Below are positions 20,290-31,347 of a DNA stretch of 64,000 nt, piece after piece (positions within the stretch are counted from its first letter, which is position 1; each line of letters begins with the position of its first letter). A program made the position numbers and the translations under genes. A model generated the notes under the pieces. That model worked only from the letters and a program-made list of their open reading frames with translations, had not been told where the DNA came from and did not search any database. This stretch comes from Verrucomicrobiota bacterium (GTDB lineage Bacteria > Verrucomicrobiota > Verrucomicrobiia > Limisphaerales > AAA164-E04). Location of the stretch: contig CP170459.1 of the NCBI GenBank assembly GCA_047947115.1, positions 3,136,001 through 3,200,000 of the forward strand, given 5' to 3'.

Positions 20290-21860
20290 TTCACTTCAGA
20301 ACATTTACTGGATTTTACTGGAGAACCTGGTTGGCTGCTCTTGCCGCCCTTCTTATATGCAGTGACGTCATCTCTCAGGAAAATGGGAACTCACTGAGAC
20401 GTCGTTCTCAGGATGATTTGATTATTGTCAACCGTTCCGAAACGGTGCGAGCCGATCAAAAGGTTCGCAGCGCGGTAGTGATCGGGGGAGACATCGTGGT
20501 CGAAGGGGTGATCGATCGGGATTTGGTCGTGGTGGGTGGTTCCGCCATTGTGCGTGGTGAAATCGGAGGACAACTCATTGTGGTCGGAGGTAAACTTGAG
20601 GCCGGTTCTGATGCCCTGATACGCAATGGAGGTGTTTTGATTGGCGGACCTTTCGAGATGGAATCTTCCGACATTTTTGAACGGGATGTATTCCAATTTC
20701 CGCTTCCAGGTTTGTTTTCATTCCTGTCGGGAATCAAGGCCTGGATTGCTTACTGCGTGTTTCTTGTCAGACCCTTCGCGCCCAGTGTCGGTTGGACGAT
20801 GATGTTGGCCGGATTGTTGACTCTTGTAAATTTTCTTATCCTGATTCTGCTGGGCAGTGGGGTGGATCGTTCGGTTAAAATGATGATGCCGCGACCGCTG
20901 ACAGCCTTTTTTGTCGGGCTTCTCGGTTTTGTTTTGCTCGGACCGCTTTTGGTGTTGGTGACCGCAACCGGAGTGGGAGCCTTAATGGTGCCGTTTGTGC
21001 TCTGCGCTTTGGTTGCTGCGATATTGATCGGGAAAGTGGCGGTCTATTCGGCCCTCGGACAGCGTATCGGTGAGAGGGCGGGCTTGCATTGGGATGGTGC
21101 CTCCATTCCGGCATTCCTTTCCGGTAGTTTGATTGTTTTCCTCCTCTATCTGGTGCCGTTTTTGGGAGGGCTTGTTTTGGGTGTGGTGATTCCGTTGGCA
21201 TTTGGCGCTGTTTTGATGGCGGGATTCCAGATGTTCACGACCGAAGTTGATCTTCCAGCTTCCAAACCTTCCAGACCCTTTGTGATGCCTTCCGCAGCCA
21301 CCACACAACCAACCTCATCATCCGTCAAAACCGGTTCCGGCTTTGGTGAATCCGTTAAAAAAGTGGAAACGGAAGATTCCCAATCCGTCGGCACCAAATT
21401 CGATGACGGTTTATCGGATTCCTCTTCAAGTGCGTCGAAGGATACTCCCATGCAGGATCAGGAGAAGACCGTTCGGGATGAATTCCAATATGAGCGGGCC
21501 GGATTCTGGTTGCGCATGGCTGCTGTAGGCCTGGATTTTTTACTTTTGTTTTTTGGATTGCACTTGTTGGATTTGATGGGGCATCACGGTGCTTTCCGGC
21601 GTTTCGTGATGATTTGGATGGTCTATCACATCGTCCTGTGGAGTTGGAAAGGAACCACGGTTGGAGGCATGATCATGCATTTGAAACTCATGCAAACGGA
21701 TGGAAACCATGTGACCTGGGGCACCTCTGTGATGCGTTCCTTGGCCTCCTTTTTTTCGTTCATTGCCCTCGGGCTGGGCTTTATATGGGTCAGCTGGAAT
21801 GATAATCGTCAGTCCTGGCACGACATCATCGCAGGAACGGTGATTATTAAAGAACCGTAA
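20286..21860 (+). CDS. Membrane protein with bactofilin-like beta-repeat N-domain, multi-TM core and C-terminal RDD domain
   Basis: ATGA overlap; repeated VVIGG/VVVGG; AGFWLRMAA..LD, GTTVGG, RQSWHDIIAGTVI (RDD). Confidence 0.82.
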   Translation: MIHFRTFTGFYWRTWLAALAALLICSDVISQENGNSLRRRSQDDLIIVNRSETVRADQKVRSAVVIGGDIVVEGVIDRDLVVVGGSAIVRGEIGGQLIVVGGKLEAGSDALIRNGGVLIGGPFEMESSDIFERDVFQFPLPGLFSFLSGIKAWIAYCVFLVRPFAPSVGWTMMLAGLLTLVNFLILILLGSGVDRSVKMMMPRPLTAFFVGLLGFVLLGPLLVLVTATGVGALMVPFVLCALVAAILIGKVAVYSALGQRIGERAGLHWDGASIPAFLSGSLIVFLLYLVPFLGGLVLGVVIPLAFGAVLMAGFQMFTTEVDLPASKPSRPFVMPSAATTQPTSSSVKTGSGFGESVKKVETEDSQSVGTKFDDGLSDSSSSASKDTPMQDQEKTVRDEFQYERAGFWLRMAAVGLDFLLLFFGLHLLDLMGHHGAFRRFVMIWMVYHIVLWSWKGTTVGGMIMHLKLMQTDGNHVTWGTSVMRSLASFFSFIALGLGFIWVSWNDNRQSWHDIIAGTVIIKEP

Positions 21861-21891
21861 CATAAAGCGGCTCTGGCCTGAACCCGGTTGT

Positions 21892-23532
21892 TTAATGCTC
21901 CAGTGATCCCGGCTCAATAATAGTGTCTTTCTGTTGCCAGCTTTGGCTCGATTGTGGGTAATTCAGATTGTAGTGAAGCCCTCTGCTTTCCTGTCGTTTC
22001 AGGGCGGATTCGATGATCAGTGAGGAGACGATTGCCAGGTTGCGCAACTCAAGCAGATCCGGGGTTAGAACAAAGTTCCAATAAAATTCGTGGATTTCTT
22101 CCTTCAGGTTGGCGATGCGCTTGCGTGCCCGAAGCAGTCGTTTGTTGGTTCGGACAATGCCAACATAATCCCACATCATTCGTCTGATTTCATCCCAGTT
22201 GTGGGAAATGACCACCAATTCGTCCGGATCCTGTGCGCCTCCGCTTTCCCAGTGTGGCAGTTTGGCATCGTAGTGATTCAAAGCCCCTTCTTTTTTCAAA
22301 TTTGAAATGCGCTCGATGGCTCGATGCGAGCAGACCAATGCTTCCAGAAGTGAATTGCTTGCCAGTCGGTTGGCACCATGCAGTCCGGTGCACGAAACTT
22401 CACCCACGGCAAAAAGTCCTTCAATATTTGTTTCACCATCAATCGTGGTCATCACCCCGCCGCATTGGTAATGAGCAGCGGGCACTACCGGTATGGCTTC
22501 TTTGGTGATGTCGATTCCGTACTGCATGCAGGTCTGATAGATATTCGGGAACCGGTTCATGGTGAAGGGTGCGGCTTTGTGGGTGATGTCCAGATTCACG
22601 TGGTCGGCGCCTGTTCGTTTCATCTCTGAATCGATGGCTCGGGCGACCACGTCCCTTGGAGCGAGTGAAGCCAGATCGTGCGCTTTTTCCATGAAGGAAG
22701 CTCCGTCCAGGTTTTTGAGAATGCCTCCTTCGCCTCTCAAAGCTTCACTAATGAGGAAGGTTTTGGCTTTAGGATGATAAAGGCAGGTTGGGTGAAACTG
22801 GACGAATTCCATATTGGCGATCGGGACACCAGCCCGATAAGCCATGGCGACCCCATCTCCAGTCGCAATATCCGGGTTGGTGGTGTAAAGGTAAACCTTT
22901 CCGCATCCGCCTGTTGCCAGCAGGACAACAGGAGCGCGGAATGTCTGAATGCGATGGGTTTTGCTGTCCAGCACATAGGCACCAAGGCATTTGTTGTTAC
23001 CGGAAAGCCCCAACTTGTTGGACGTGATGAGGTCGATCGCGAAATGGTTTTCAAGGACTTCGATGTTTGGGTTCTTTGCAATGGCATGCAAGAGAGCCCT
23101 CTCTATTTCCCGTCCGGTGACATCTTTGCAATGGAGAATGCGTCGCTTGGAATGGCCTCCTTCCTTTCCGAGATCCAGTTCTTTTTCCCCTCCTGAGTTG
23201 GGAATCTCGCGTTCGCTGAAGCGCATGCCGAGCTCCATCAATTCGTGAATGCGATCAGGTCCTTCTGAAATAATGGTTCGAACCACATCTTCGTTGCAAA
23301 GTCCCGCTCCCGCGTCGCAAGTGTCCTTGATGTGCATTTCGAAGGAATCTTCCTGACTGGTCACCGCGGCAACGCCTCCTTGGGCGTAGTTGGTGTTTGA
23401 TTCGGCTTTGTGCTTTTTGGTGATGATGGCCACCCGTCCTTGTTGGGCTGCTTTCAAAGCAAAGGTCAGGCCGGCGATGCCACTGCCAAGAACGATGAAA
23501 TCATAGGAGGGTTGTTGATTGCTGTGTGTCAT
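21892..23532 (-). CDS. nadB: L-aspartate oxidase
   Basis: [52 protein letters not shown]. Confidence 0.97.
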   Translation of the reverse strand: MTHSNQQPSYDFIVLGSGIAGLTFALKAAQQGRVAIITKKHKAESNTNYAQGGVAAVTSQEDSFEMHIKDTCDAGAGLCNEDVVRTIISEGPDRIHELMELGMRFSEREIPNSGGEKELDLGKEGGHSKRRILHCKDVTGREIERALLHAIAKNPNIEVLENHFAIDLITSNKLGLSGNNKCLGAYVLDSKTHRIQTFRAPVVLLATGGCGKVYLYTTNPDIATGDGVAMAYRAGVPIANMEFVQFHPTCLYHPKAKTFLISEALRGEGGILKNLDGASFMEKAHDLASLAPRDVVARAIDSEMKRTGADHVNLDITHKAAPFTMNRFPNIYQTCMQYGIDITKEAIPVVPAAHYQCGGVMTTIDGETNIEGLFAVGEVSCTGLHGANRLASNSLLEALVCSHRAIERISNLKKEGALNHYDAKLPHWESGGAQDPDELVVISHNWDEIRRMMWDYVGIVRTNKRLLRARKRIANLKEEIHEFYWNFVLTPDLLELRNLAIVSSLIIESALKRQESRGLHYNLNYPQSSQSWQQKDTIIEPGSLEH

Positions 23533-23541
23533 GGCAAAGGA

Positions 23542-24414
23542 TTATAACCGAATATTGTCGATGAGTCGTGTGGTTCCAAAATACACCGCCAGGGCCATGT
23601 GCGATCCCTGTCGAACCGTAGATAAGGGTTCCAATGTGTCCGGATCGAAAAAGGCGATGTAATCAAGGCGCGCAAGAGGACATCGTTGAATGGCCTGCTC
23701 CAATTGTTTCTTCAGTGTAACTGTTTTCAATCCTGTTTGAGAAGAGTAAGCCTGAACCTTGCGCTTCGCCGCCTTTAATATGTCAATCAGGATGGTTGCC
23801 TGTGCCCGTTGCTCCGGGGTGAGGTAGGCGTTGCGCGAACTCATGGCCAGACCGTCCGGTTCCCGAACTGTTGGGGCGACAATGATGCGGACGGGGAGAT
23901 TGAGATCTTTGGTCATGCGTCGAATGATGGCAGATTGCTGGTAGTCCTTTGCGCCAAAAACCGCGAATTCAGGTAGTGTTAGCATGAACAGTTTGGTGAC
24001 AATGGTCGTCACGCCCTTGAAATGGGTCGGGCGCGTACCACCTTCCATGGATTGAGATAATTGGGATTCTTCCACATAGGTTGAGAAATGCCCGGAATCT
24101 TTTCCCGGGTACATGGAAGCGTCATCCGGTAGAAAAGCAACATCAACTCCTTCCTTGCGGCAGATGTCCAAATCGCGCTTCAAATCCCTGGGATAGGCGC
24201 CAAAATCCTCGTTCGGACCGAACTGGGTGGGGTTGACATAGATGCTGACCACGACCTTGCCTTCGTTCCCAACCTTCCTTCGCGCACGTTGAATGAGGCT
24301 GGTGTGACCCGGATGCAAATACCCCATGGTTGGGACAAGAGCCACGGGTGTCCCGTTTTTCTTCATTCCAAGCGCCCAGCGTTGCATGGCCTTTACGTTA
24401 CGGACTTGCTGCAT
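23542..24414 (-). CDS. panC: Pantoate--beta-alanine ligase
   Basis: VPTMGYLHPGH, YVNPTQF, RPTHFKGV, FGAKDYQQ, GLAMSSRN, RLIDN. Confidence 0.97.
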   Translation of the reverse strand: MQQVRNVKAMQRWALGMKKNGTPVALVPTMGYLHPGHTSLIQRARRKVGNEGKVVVSIYVNPTQFGPNEDFGAYPRDLKRDLDICRKEGVDVAFLPDDASMYPGKDSGHFSTYVEESQLSQSMEGGTRPTHFKGVTTIVTKLFMLTLPEFAVFGAKDYQQSAIIRRMTKDLNLPVRIIVAPTVREPDGLAMSSRNAYLTPEQRAQATILIDILKAAKRKVQAYSSQTGLKTVTLKKQLEQAIQRCPLARLDYIAFFDPDTLEPLSTVRQGSHMALAVYFGTTRLIDNIRL

Positions 24415-24495
24415 TTTCCACCATTAGTGCGGGAAATTCGGGCTGATGCAATCCTATTGTCAATTTGTCCGGATTGGATTAGGTTCGCCGGACAC

Positions 24496-25176
24496 ATGAT
24501 CACATTGAAACAATTTATCTTCGTCGGCGCATTGAGCGCTTCACTCGCTTTTTCATCGGCCTGCAAGGCACAGACAGTTGCGGGAAAGCCAACCCCGCTT
24601 GTTCCCGACAAGGATGGGTGGATTCAGCTGTTTGACGGGAAAACACTGAGTGGCTGGATGACCTTCGATCCGCATGCCTGGAGCATCAATGAGAAGGGAG
24701 AACTGGTGGGAGTTGGAAAACGCAGCCATTTGTTCAGCCCGAACACGTATCGCAACATGGAATACCGGGCCACCGTGAAACTGAATCATAAAGGGAACAG
24801 CGGCATGTATTTTCGCGCACAGTTGGGTGAAGGATGGCCCAAGGGCTATGAGTCACAAGTGGAAAACACCAGCCCGGATCCACAGAGAACCGGTTCACTT
24901 TACAATTTTGTCAAAATTGGTGAGCAACTGATCGAAGACGACACCTGGTGGACACAACACGTGATTGCGATTGGTAACCGGATCATCATCAAAGTGAACG
25001 ACAAGATTGTGGTGGATTATGTGGACGAAAAGAACACCCACACCGAAGGCCATCTGGCCGTTCAGCAACATGATCCAGGCAGCGTTGTTCATTACAAAAA
25101 CGTGGAAGTACGCCCTCTGCCTGACGATGCCGCAGCAGCACTGGCCATCGCCAAAAAAGAAACGCCCGGACTTTGA
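24496..25176 (+). CDS. DUF1080 (3-keto-disaccharide hydrolase-like) protein, exported
   Basis: WIQLFDGKTLSGW, GNSGMYFR, GYESQV, TGSLY, GHLAVQQH...VHYKNV. Confidence 0.9.
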   Translation: MITLKQFIFVGALSASLAFSSACKAQTVAGKPTPLVPDKDGWIQLFDGKTLSGWMTFDPHAWSINEKGELVGVGKRSHLFSPNTYRNMEYRATVKLNHKGNSGMYFRAQLGEGWPKGYESQVENTSPDPQRTGSLYNFVKIGEQLIEDDTWWTQHVIAIGNRIIIKVNDKIVVDYVDEKNTHTEGHLAVQQHDPGSVVHYKNVEVRPLPDDAAAALAIAKKETPGL

Positions 25177-25215
25177 GGTCCGAGCGTTCGCAACTTGAGT
25201 GGAAGGGAAGAATGC

Positions 25216-26586
25216 CTATTTCTTTTTCTTCTGCCCGAGGCGTTTGATCTTCAGATTGCGGTAGTGCACTTCATCCTGGTGGTCTTGAAGCAGGATGTGT
25301 CCCTGGTGGCGATAGCCGAATTTGTCGACTTTCTTGAATTTGCTGTTTGCCACCGCATCCAACACTTCCTGGCTTCCCAGGGTGTAGTGCAATACCATTA
25401 CCCCGTTGAGCCAGTGCTCGACCTTTTGTCCTTTGATCAGCACGCGGCTCTTGTTGAAGGAGCCAACTGGTTGTAATACCCGGTTGTTGGCTGGGAAAAC
25501 GTCGTAGAATGCAGCCGTCTGCCACTTGGGTCCGCGAAGGGCATCCGGGTGTTTGGAGTCGTCGATGACCTGATACTCATGGCCGATGGCGCCGCCGCGT
25601 TCTTCCATGATGAAGTATTTGACACCACTATTGGCTCCCGGGGCGACTTTCCATTCCCACTGGAAATCGAATTGACCATATTTCTGCTTGGTGATGATGT
25701 CCCCACCGCCGCCTTTGCTGATGTGCTTGATGCAATCGTTTTCAATGACCCAGCCTTTCTCGGGAAAGGCTTCTTTTTTGAATCCGCGCCACTGGTCGGT
25801 GTTCTTGCCGTTGAAAAGATTGCGCCATCCGGCCTCGCGAGCTGCTTTGCTGAGAACGTTTGCACGGCGCGCTTCCGGCAATGCTTCGGGCTCCGGCAGT
25901 GAACGCACCTTGATGTTCCTGAACCATACCTCATCGTGATGGTGCTGAAACACGATGTGACCGGTGCGCTCTTTGTCAAAGTTCTTGTGGGGGGCGAACT
26001 TGCTGTTGGCAATCAATGTCTGAATGCCATATGAATCCAGTTCACAGGCGACGACTTTATCTCCGTTCAACCAATGTTCCAGTTGGTTGCCCTGAAGTAT
26101 AATGCGGGATTCGTTGAAGGAACCAACCGGTTTCAGTGTTTTCCTCTCGGCACTGACCAAAGCATAGAGGGAACCGGCCGCCGTCAGCGGATTAGCGCCA
26201 TCGGCGTGTTTGGAGTCGTCCAATACCTGATATTCAGGTCCCGTGTGCCAGGGACTGTCGCTGTTTTCCTGAACGCGATACATCACGCCACTATTGGCGC
26301 CCGGCGTCGCCTTCCATTCGAAGACGAGTTCGAAGTTGCGGTATTGTTTTTTGGTGACGATGTCTTTGACGGTTCCTTCCGGGTTGGTGCGCAGGGTGCC
26401 GTCTTTAACGGTCCAGCCATCGGATGGGAATGAGTCCATCTGATACCCCCTGAACGCTTCGGTGCCGTTTCCGTTGAACAAGGTTTCCCATTCCCCGGCC
26501 ATGAGCGGTGATTGAGCCATGGATGCCCCGAAAAGGACCATACATGCGGTTTGTGTGATACGATTGGAAATCATGTAGTTGATCAT
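25216..26586 (-). CDS. Tandem double-DUF1080 protein, exported
   Basis: Two copies of LFNG...GANSGV.Y...EYQV.DD...GHI..Q.H.DEV..RN.K. Confidence 0.9.
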   Translation of the reverse strand: MINYMISNRITQTACMVLFGASMAQSPLMAGEWETLFNGNGTEAFRGYQMDSFPSDGWTVKDGTLRTNPEGTVKDIVTKKQYRNFELVFEWKATPGANSGVMYRVQENSDSPWHTGPEYQVLDDSKHADGANPLTAAGSLYALVSAERKTLKPVGSFNESRIILQGNQLEHWLNGDKVVACELDSYGIQTLIANSKFAPHKNFDKERTGHIVFQHHHDEVWFRNIKVRSLPEPEALPEARRANVLSKAAREAGWRNLFNGKNTDQWRGFKKEAFPEKGWVIENDCIKHISKGGGGDIITKQKYGQFDFQWEWKVAPGANSGVKYFIMEERGGAIGHEYQVIDDSKHPDALRGPKWQTAAFYDVFPANNRVLQPVGSFNKSRVLIKGQKVEHWLNGVMVLHYTLGSQEVLDAVANSKFKKVDKFGYRHQGHILLQDHQDEVHYRNLKIKRLGQKKKK

Positions 26587-26806
26587 GAAGGATGGAGAGG
26601 GGGTATTTCAATGCTTAAAGTCGGGTCTCAGGTGCTTGGAGGAGGTGTTGTTCAACCGGATCGTTCCGGCATCTTCTTATTTTTAGCCTGCAAGATTTCC
26701 TCCACCTAATTCTTGAAGAATTGATCTTTTCGGAGCATAAACAAGGGTCCTGAGGCCATCCAACGAGTTGGTGTGGTGCTCAGGGGCTGACAAAGCAAAC
26801 ACTAAG

Positions 26807-27115
26807 ATGGAAACATATTTCAACAATCTGACGACCAACGACGGTGGTCGCAAACAATTGCTTCAGGATATACGGAAGTTGATTGAGGAGGCGGAGGGGC
26901 TCATCAAGAACACTGCCGAAGACCTTCCCGAAAAATCCAAATCCGAGATTCTGGAGCGACTGGAGCGCCTTAAAAAGTCCTGTCACCGGATCGATGAACA
27001 AACCTATGCAGGTGTGGAAGCGGTGGATCAGATAGTGCGCCGTTATCCGTATCAATCCATCGGAATCGCCGCGCTTGGAGGCGTCATTCTCGGAACCATT
27101 CTGAATAAGAAGTAA
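26807..27115 (+). CDS. DUF883/YqjD/ElaB family tail-anchored protein
   Basis: Helical N-terminus and C-terminal DQIVRRYPYQSIGIAALGGVILGTIL. Confidence 0.88.
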   Translation: METYFNNLTTNDGGRKQLLQDIRKLIEEAEGLIKNTAEDLPEKSKSEILERLERLKKSCHRIDEQTYAGVEAVDQIVRRYPYQSIGIAALGGVILGTILNKK

Positions 27116-27263
27116 TTTCCAGCAGATATTAGTCCTTTCTCACGTGAATAAAGCTTGTTGTACGCGGGTGGCTTGCTGAAATCAGCTTGACCTGGTGCGA
27201 TACCCAACAGGCTTTGTGCCCTATTTAACAAAATCCAATTCTTTTTTCTGAACCATAGACGAT

Positions 27264-29945
27264 ATGCGTAAGCAGTATCCATTCGACCTGATCGAATCCA
27301 AACGTCAACGCATCTGGGATGAATCCGAGGCATTCCGGGCATGGAACCCTGGAGAATCCATCCCTGAGGATCACCCCTTTTCCCAACGGCATGGCCTGAC
27401 AGGGGCGGTGGCGGCCTCTCAACTTCCACCAAAGTATTACATTTTGGATATGTTTCCGTATCCATCGGGTTCCGGGCTTCATGTGGGACACCCGGAAGGC
27501 TACACGGCTACCGACATCCTGGCTCGATATCGTCGTTCAAAGGGGTTTAACGTGTTGCACCCCATCGGATGGGATGCGTTTGGTTTGCCTGCCGAGCAAT
27601 ATGCGATCAAGACCGGCCAACACCCCCGCATTACCACTGAGGCCAACATTGGTAATTTTAAACGCCAGATCAAGTCCCTGGGCTTCAGTTATGACTGGTC
27701 CCGTGAAATCGACACCACCGATCCGGACTATTTCCGCTGGACGCAGTGGATTTTTCTGAAGCTGTATCATTCCTGGTTCAATCCGGAATCCAAAAAAGCG
27801 GAACCCATCGAGACATTAAAAATTCCCGATCACCTTGCAGATGAAAAGGAGAGGGCCGCCTTTCGCGATGATCATCGTTTGGCCTTTGTTGCGGAAGCGC
27901 CCGTCAATTGGTGTCCCGAGTTGGGAACTGTATTGGCCAATGAAGAGGTTGTTGACGGCAAAAGCGAAGTGGGAGGTTTTCCTGTTGTTCGTAAGCCCAT
28001 GCGGCAATGGATGCTTCGCATAACGGCATTTGCGGAAAAATTGTTGGAGGGGCTGAATGATATCGAATGGAGCGATTCGCTCAAGGAGATGCAGCGTAAT
28101 TGGATCGGTCGATCTGAAGGTGCCGAAGTGCATTTTAAAGCGGCGGATCATGATGAGACCATCACGGTGTTCACCACTCGGCCGGACACCTTGTTCGGTG
28201 CGACCTACATGGTGTTGGCGCCCGAGCACGCTCTGGTTGATACACTGACGACTGAGGAACAAAAGCAGGCCGTCGAGGAATACCGGGAGTATGCCTCCCG
28301 AAAAAGCGATTTGGAACGCACTGAATTGGCCAAGGAGAAAACGGGTGTGTTCATTGGAACCCATGCCATCAATCCAGTCAATCAGGAGCGTATACCGATC
28401 TGGATTGCTGATTACGTGCTCTCAACCTACGGAACGGGTGCAATCATGGCAGTTCCTGCCCACGATGCCCGCGATCTGGAGTTTGCTGAGAAATTTAACC
28501 TTCCCGTACTGAAGGTGGTGCAGGCCCCGGAAGGGCAGGATTCCATTGGTTTCGTAGGAGAGGGGACCAGCGTTAATTCAGGGTTTTTGAATGAACTCAG
28601 CACACCGGAAGCCAAGCAAACCATGATCGAATGGTTGGAAGAGCAGAAGTTTGGCAAGCGTCGTATTAATTTCAAGTTGCGCGACTGGTTATTCAGCCGT
28701 CAACGCTTCTGGGGCGAACCGTTTCCGATATTGTGGAAGGACGGACAGCATCGTTCGGTCGGTGAACATGAACTTCCAGTGATGCCTCCCGATTTGTCCG
28801 ATTTCAAACCCACTTCTGATGGCGAACCGCCTCTGGCTCGGGCCAAGGATTGGGTGACCTTGTCCGATGGTTCGGTCCGCGAAACCAATACCATGCCTCA
28901 ATGGGCGGGCAGCTGTTGGTATTACTTGCGTTACCTGGATGCGCGGAATAATGAACGGTTCTGCGGTGAAGGGGCGGAATCGTATTGGATGGGTTCGGAA
29001 TCTTCATCCGCGAATCCCGGTGTTGACCTGTATGTCGGAGGGACAGAGCATGCCGTGTTGCATCTGCTCTATGCACGATTCTGGCATAAAGTGCTGCATG
29101 ATCTGGGATTAACCACGTCAACCGAGCCCTTCTTCAAATTGGTCAATCAGGGATTGATCCTTGGTGAAGACGGCCAGAAGATGTCCAAATCACGCGGAAA
29201 TGTGGTGAATCCGGACGAAATTGTTCAATCCTTCGGAGCCGATGCTTTCCGTCTCTATGAAATGTTCATGGGACCCTTGGAAATGTCCAAGCCATGGAAC
29301 ACCAAAGGTGTGGAAGGGGTTTACCGCTTCCTCGGACGTGTCTGGCGTATGTTGATCGACGAGCGGAGTGAGGTTGACTTCGAGCAGCATCTTGCGGCCG
29401 ATGCTGAAAAAGAAGAATCCATCTTGTCCGAGCTGAAATTGCATGCTGCTGTCCAAAAAGATGCTAATCCATCTCCGGAACAGCTTAAGTCCCTCCACAC
29501 ATGCATCAAAAAAGTGACGGAAGACCTGGATGGCATGCGTTTCAACACCGCCATCTCTGCCATGATGGTATTCGTCAATGATGCCATGAATTGGGAGGTG
29601 CGCCCCAGTGCGTGCATGAAAACGTTTTTGGTGCTGCTGCAACCTTTTGCGCCTCACCTGGCGGAAGAGCTTTACGGGATGTTGGAAGGGGATTCGAATC
29701 TCGTGATCGCCTATCAACCCTGGCCTGCTTTTGATCCGGCTTTACTCGTCGAGGACACCATTGAAATTCCGGTTCAAGTGAACGGAAAATTGCGGGATCG
29801 AATCAAGGTGCCCCGGGATGCCGACCGACATGCCATTGAAGAATTGGCCTTGGCTTCTGAAAAAGTCGCCCCTTTCAAAGATGGGAAAACGGTGAAAAAA
29901 ATGATCGTCGTTCCAGGAAAACTCGTTAATCTAGTCATACAGTAA
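27264..29945 (+). CDS. leuS: Leucine--tRNA ligase
   Basis: [14 protein letters not shown] (HIGH), TTRPDT editing domain, [17 protein letters not shown]. Confidence 0.98.
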   Translation: MRKQYPFDLIESKRQRIWDESEAFRAWNPGESIPEDHPFSQRHGLTGAVAASQLPPKYYILDMFPYPSGSGLHVGHPEGYTATDILARYRRSKGFNVLHPIGWDAFGLPAEQYAIKTGQHPRITTEANIGNFKRQIKSLGFSYDWSREIDTTDPDYFRWTQWIFLKLYHSWFNPESKKAEPIETLKIPDHLADEKERAAFRDDHRLAFVAEAPVNWCPELGTVLANEEVVDGKSEVGGFPVVRKPMRQWMLRITAFAEKLLEGLNDIEWSDSLKEMQRNWIGRSEGAEVHFKAADHDETITVFTTRPDTLFGATYMVLAPEHALVDTLTTEEQKQAVEEYREYASRKSDLERTELAKEKTGVFIGTHAINPVNQERIPIWIADYVLSTYGTGAIMAVPAHDARDLEFAEKFNLPVLKVVQAPEGQDSIGFVGEGTSVNSGFLNELSTPEAKQTMIEWLEEQKFGKRRINFKLRDWLFSRQRFWGEPFPILWKDGQHRSVGEHELPVMPPDLSDFKPTSDGEPPLARAKDWVTLSDGSVRETNTMPQWAGSCWYYLRYLDARNNERFCGEGAESYWMGSESSSANPGVDLYVGGTEHAVLHLLYARFWHKVLHDLGLTTSTEPFFKLVNQGLILGEDGQKMSKSRGNVVNPDEIVQSFGADAFRLYEMFMGPLEMSKPWNTKGVEGVYRFLGRVWRMLIDERSEVDFEQHLAADAEKEESILSELKLHAAVQKDANPSPEQLKSLHTCIKKVTEDLDGMRFNTAISAMMVFVNDAMNWEVRPSACMKTFLVLLQPFAPHLAEELYGMLEGDSNLVIAYQPWPAFDPALLVEDTIEIPVQVNGKLRDRIKVPRDADRHAIEELALASEKVAPFKDGKTVKKMIVVPGKLVNLVIQ

Positions 29946-29989
29946 CCCGATTGAAACACAACGAATCTACCATCAAACATTGAATCATT

Positions 29990-30853
29990 ATGATGCATCG
30001 CAGAACATTTTTGAATCGTACCTTGACCGCTGCCGCTGCAGCAGGCGCCACATGGTTTGACGTGCCGGCCATCCTTGCCGACACACGCGAGGAATCTTTC
30101 AAAAAATACGGCGGTTTTCCCATGGGGATTCAAAGTTATTCATTGCGTGGATTTGGTGTGGATGGAGCTCTTGAGAAGATCGAGGAATTGGAACTGCATT
30201 ACACCGAGATGTTTCGCATGCATTATCCGCCCATTCCCGATCCGGTGAAAATCGGTGAAATGAATGCAAAACTGGAAAAACACGACATCTCAATTTCGGC
30301 CCATGGCGTCCAGTCCTTTACTGATAACCACAATCAGAACAAAGCCTTTTTCGAATTCGCCAAAAAGGCGGGCATCCGTAATATTAGCGCCAATCCTGAA
30401 CCAAATTCCTTCGAAAGCCTGAACAAACTGGTAGCGGAGTATGATATCCGGATCGCAATCCATAACCACGGCCCAGATGCCCTTTATGACGCGCCCCTTG
30501 ATGCCTTAAAAGCGGTGGCGGGTTACGATAAACGTATCGGATTCTGCGCTGATTTGGGACATTACATCCGATCGGGTGTGGACCCGGTTGAAGTCGTTTA
30601 TCAACTTGGAGATCGACTGTATGGAATTCATCTGAAAGATTTCGCCGAACAGAAGAAAAACACCAAAGGCGTCATTCTTGGTCGGGGGCATTTGGATGTG
30701 GAAGGTGTATTCAAAGCCATGAAGAAAGTCGGCTTTCCTGCCGACGGTGCCTTATCCCTCGAATACGAGGAGAATCCCCAGAATCCCATGGACGACATCC
30801 GAGCTTGCCTGAACGTGGCCGCCGAAGCTGCGCAGAGGGTTGGTAAGGGGTGA
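29990..30853 (+). CDS. Tat-exported sugar phosphate isomerase/epimerase (TIM barrel, IolE/XylA-like)
   Basis: MMHRRTFL twin-arginine signal; IAIHNH, DLGH, HLKD, LEYE metal ligands. Confidence 0.88.
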   Translation: MMHRRTFLNRTLTAAAAAGATWFDVPAILADTREESFKKYGGFPMGIQSYSLRGFGVDGALEKIEELELHYTEMFRMHYPPIPDPVKIGEMNAKLEKHDISISAHGVQSFTDNHNQNKAFFEFAKKAGIRNISANPEPNSFESLNKLVAEYDIRIAIHNHGPDALYDAPLDALKAVAGYDKRIGFCADLGHYIRSGVDPVEVVYQLGDRLYGIHLKDFAEQKKNTKGVILGRGHLDVEGVFKAMKKVGFPADGALSLEYEENPQNPMDDIRACLNVAAEAAQRVGKG

Positions 30854-31025
30854 TTTTTGTTTGTTCGTATTCTCAAATGTCACGCTTTCAATTGATTGGG
30901 TGTTGATTGGCTGTTCCCAAGAGTGGAGTTTTAAATCTTCGGGATACTTGATTTTTTGTATCAATAAGATGTTGACAAAAGGAAGGTTGATCGAAGATGA
31001 TTTACTCGCTCATATACGTGGAATT

Positions 31026-31034
31026 TGGTATAAT
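31026..31034 (+). promoter_or_regulatory. Putative extended -10 sigma70 promoter upstream of the giant surface-protein gene
   Basis: Perfect TGnTATAAT about 310 nt upstream of the start, in an AT-rich intergenic region. Confidence 0.45.
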
Positions 31035-31347
31035 CTGTCGAGGGGCAAGTAGTGTCGACTGAGGAGGATTACTGCTCTGCTTAGCCAAAACGATCTCTGA
31101 TCAGCTCCCGTAAAATGAAGCTTAACCGACATCAGTGGTGACGTGTATTTTTCTCGACGCCTGCCGATCAGTTCAGGGAACCCAAATCCACTTCAAAATG
31201 AGGTTGTGCTAAAGCAATTTAACATGACGACTCACTCGTGTTTGTGGTTATCAGGGTTGATTGATTTGTGCAAATCCGGTCAGGCAATCCTTGTCCGTTT
31301 TGTGCCTGAACCAACAGGGTTATTGTTAACATTGCCACATTTTGACC

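Noticed and set aside
27116..27263. T-box riboswitch upstream of leuS
   Set aside because: The region is short and lacks the T-box consensus and terminator.
30972..30977. Perfect TTGACA as the -35 element for the giant gene
   Set aside because: No good -10 at 16-18 nt; the TATAAT is 51 nt away.
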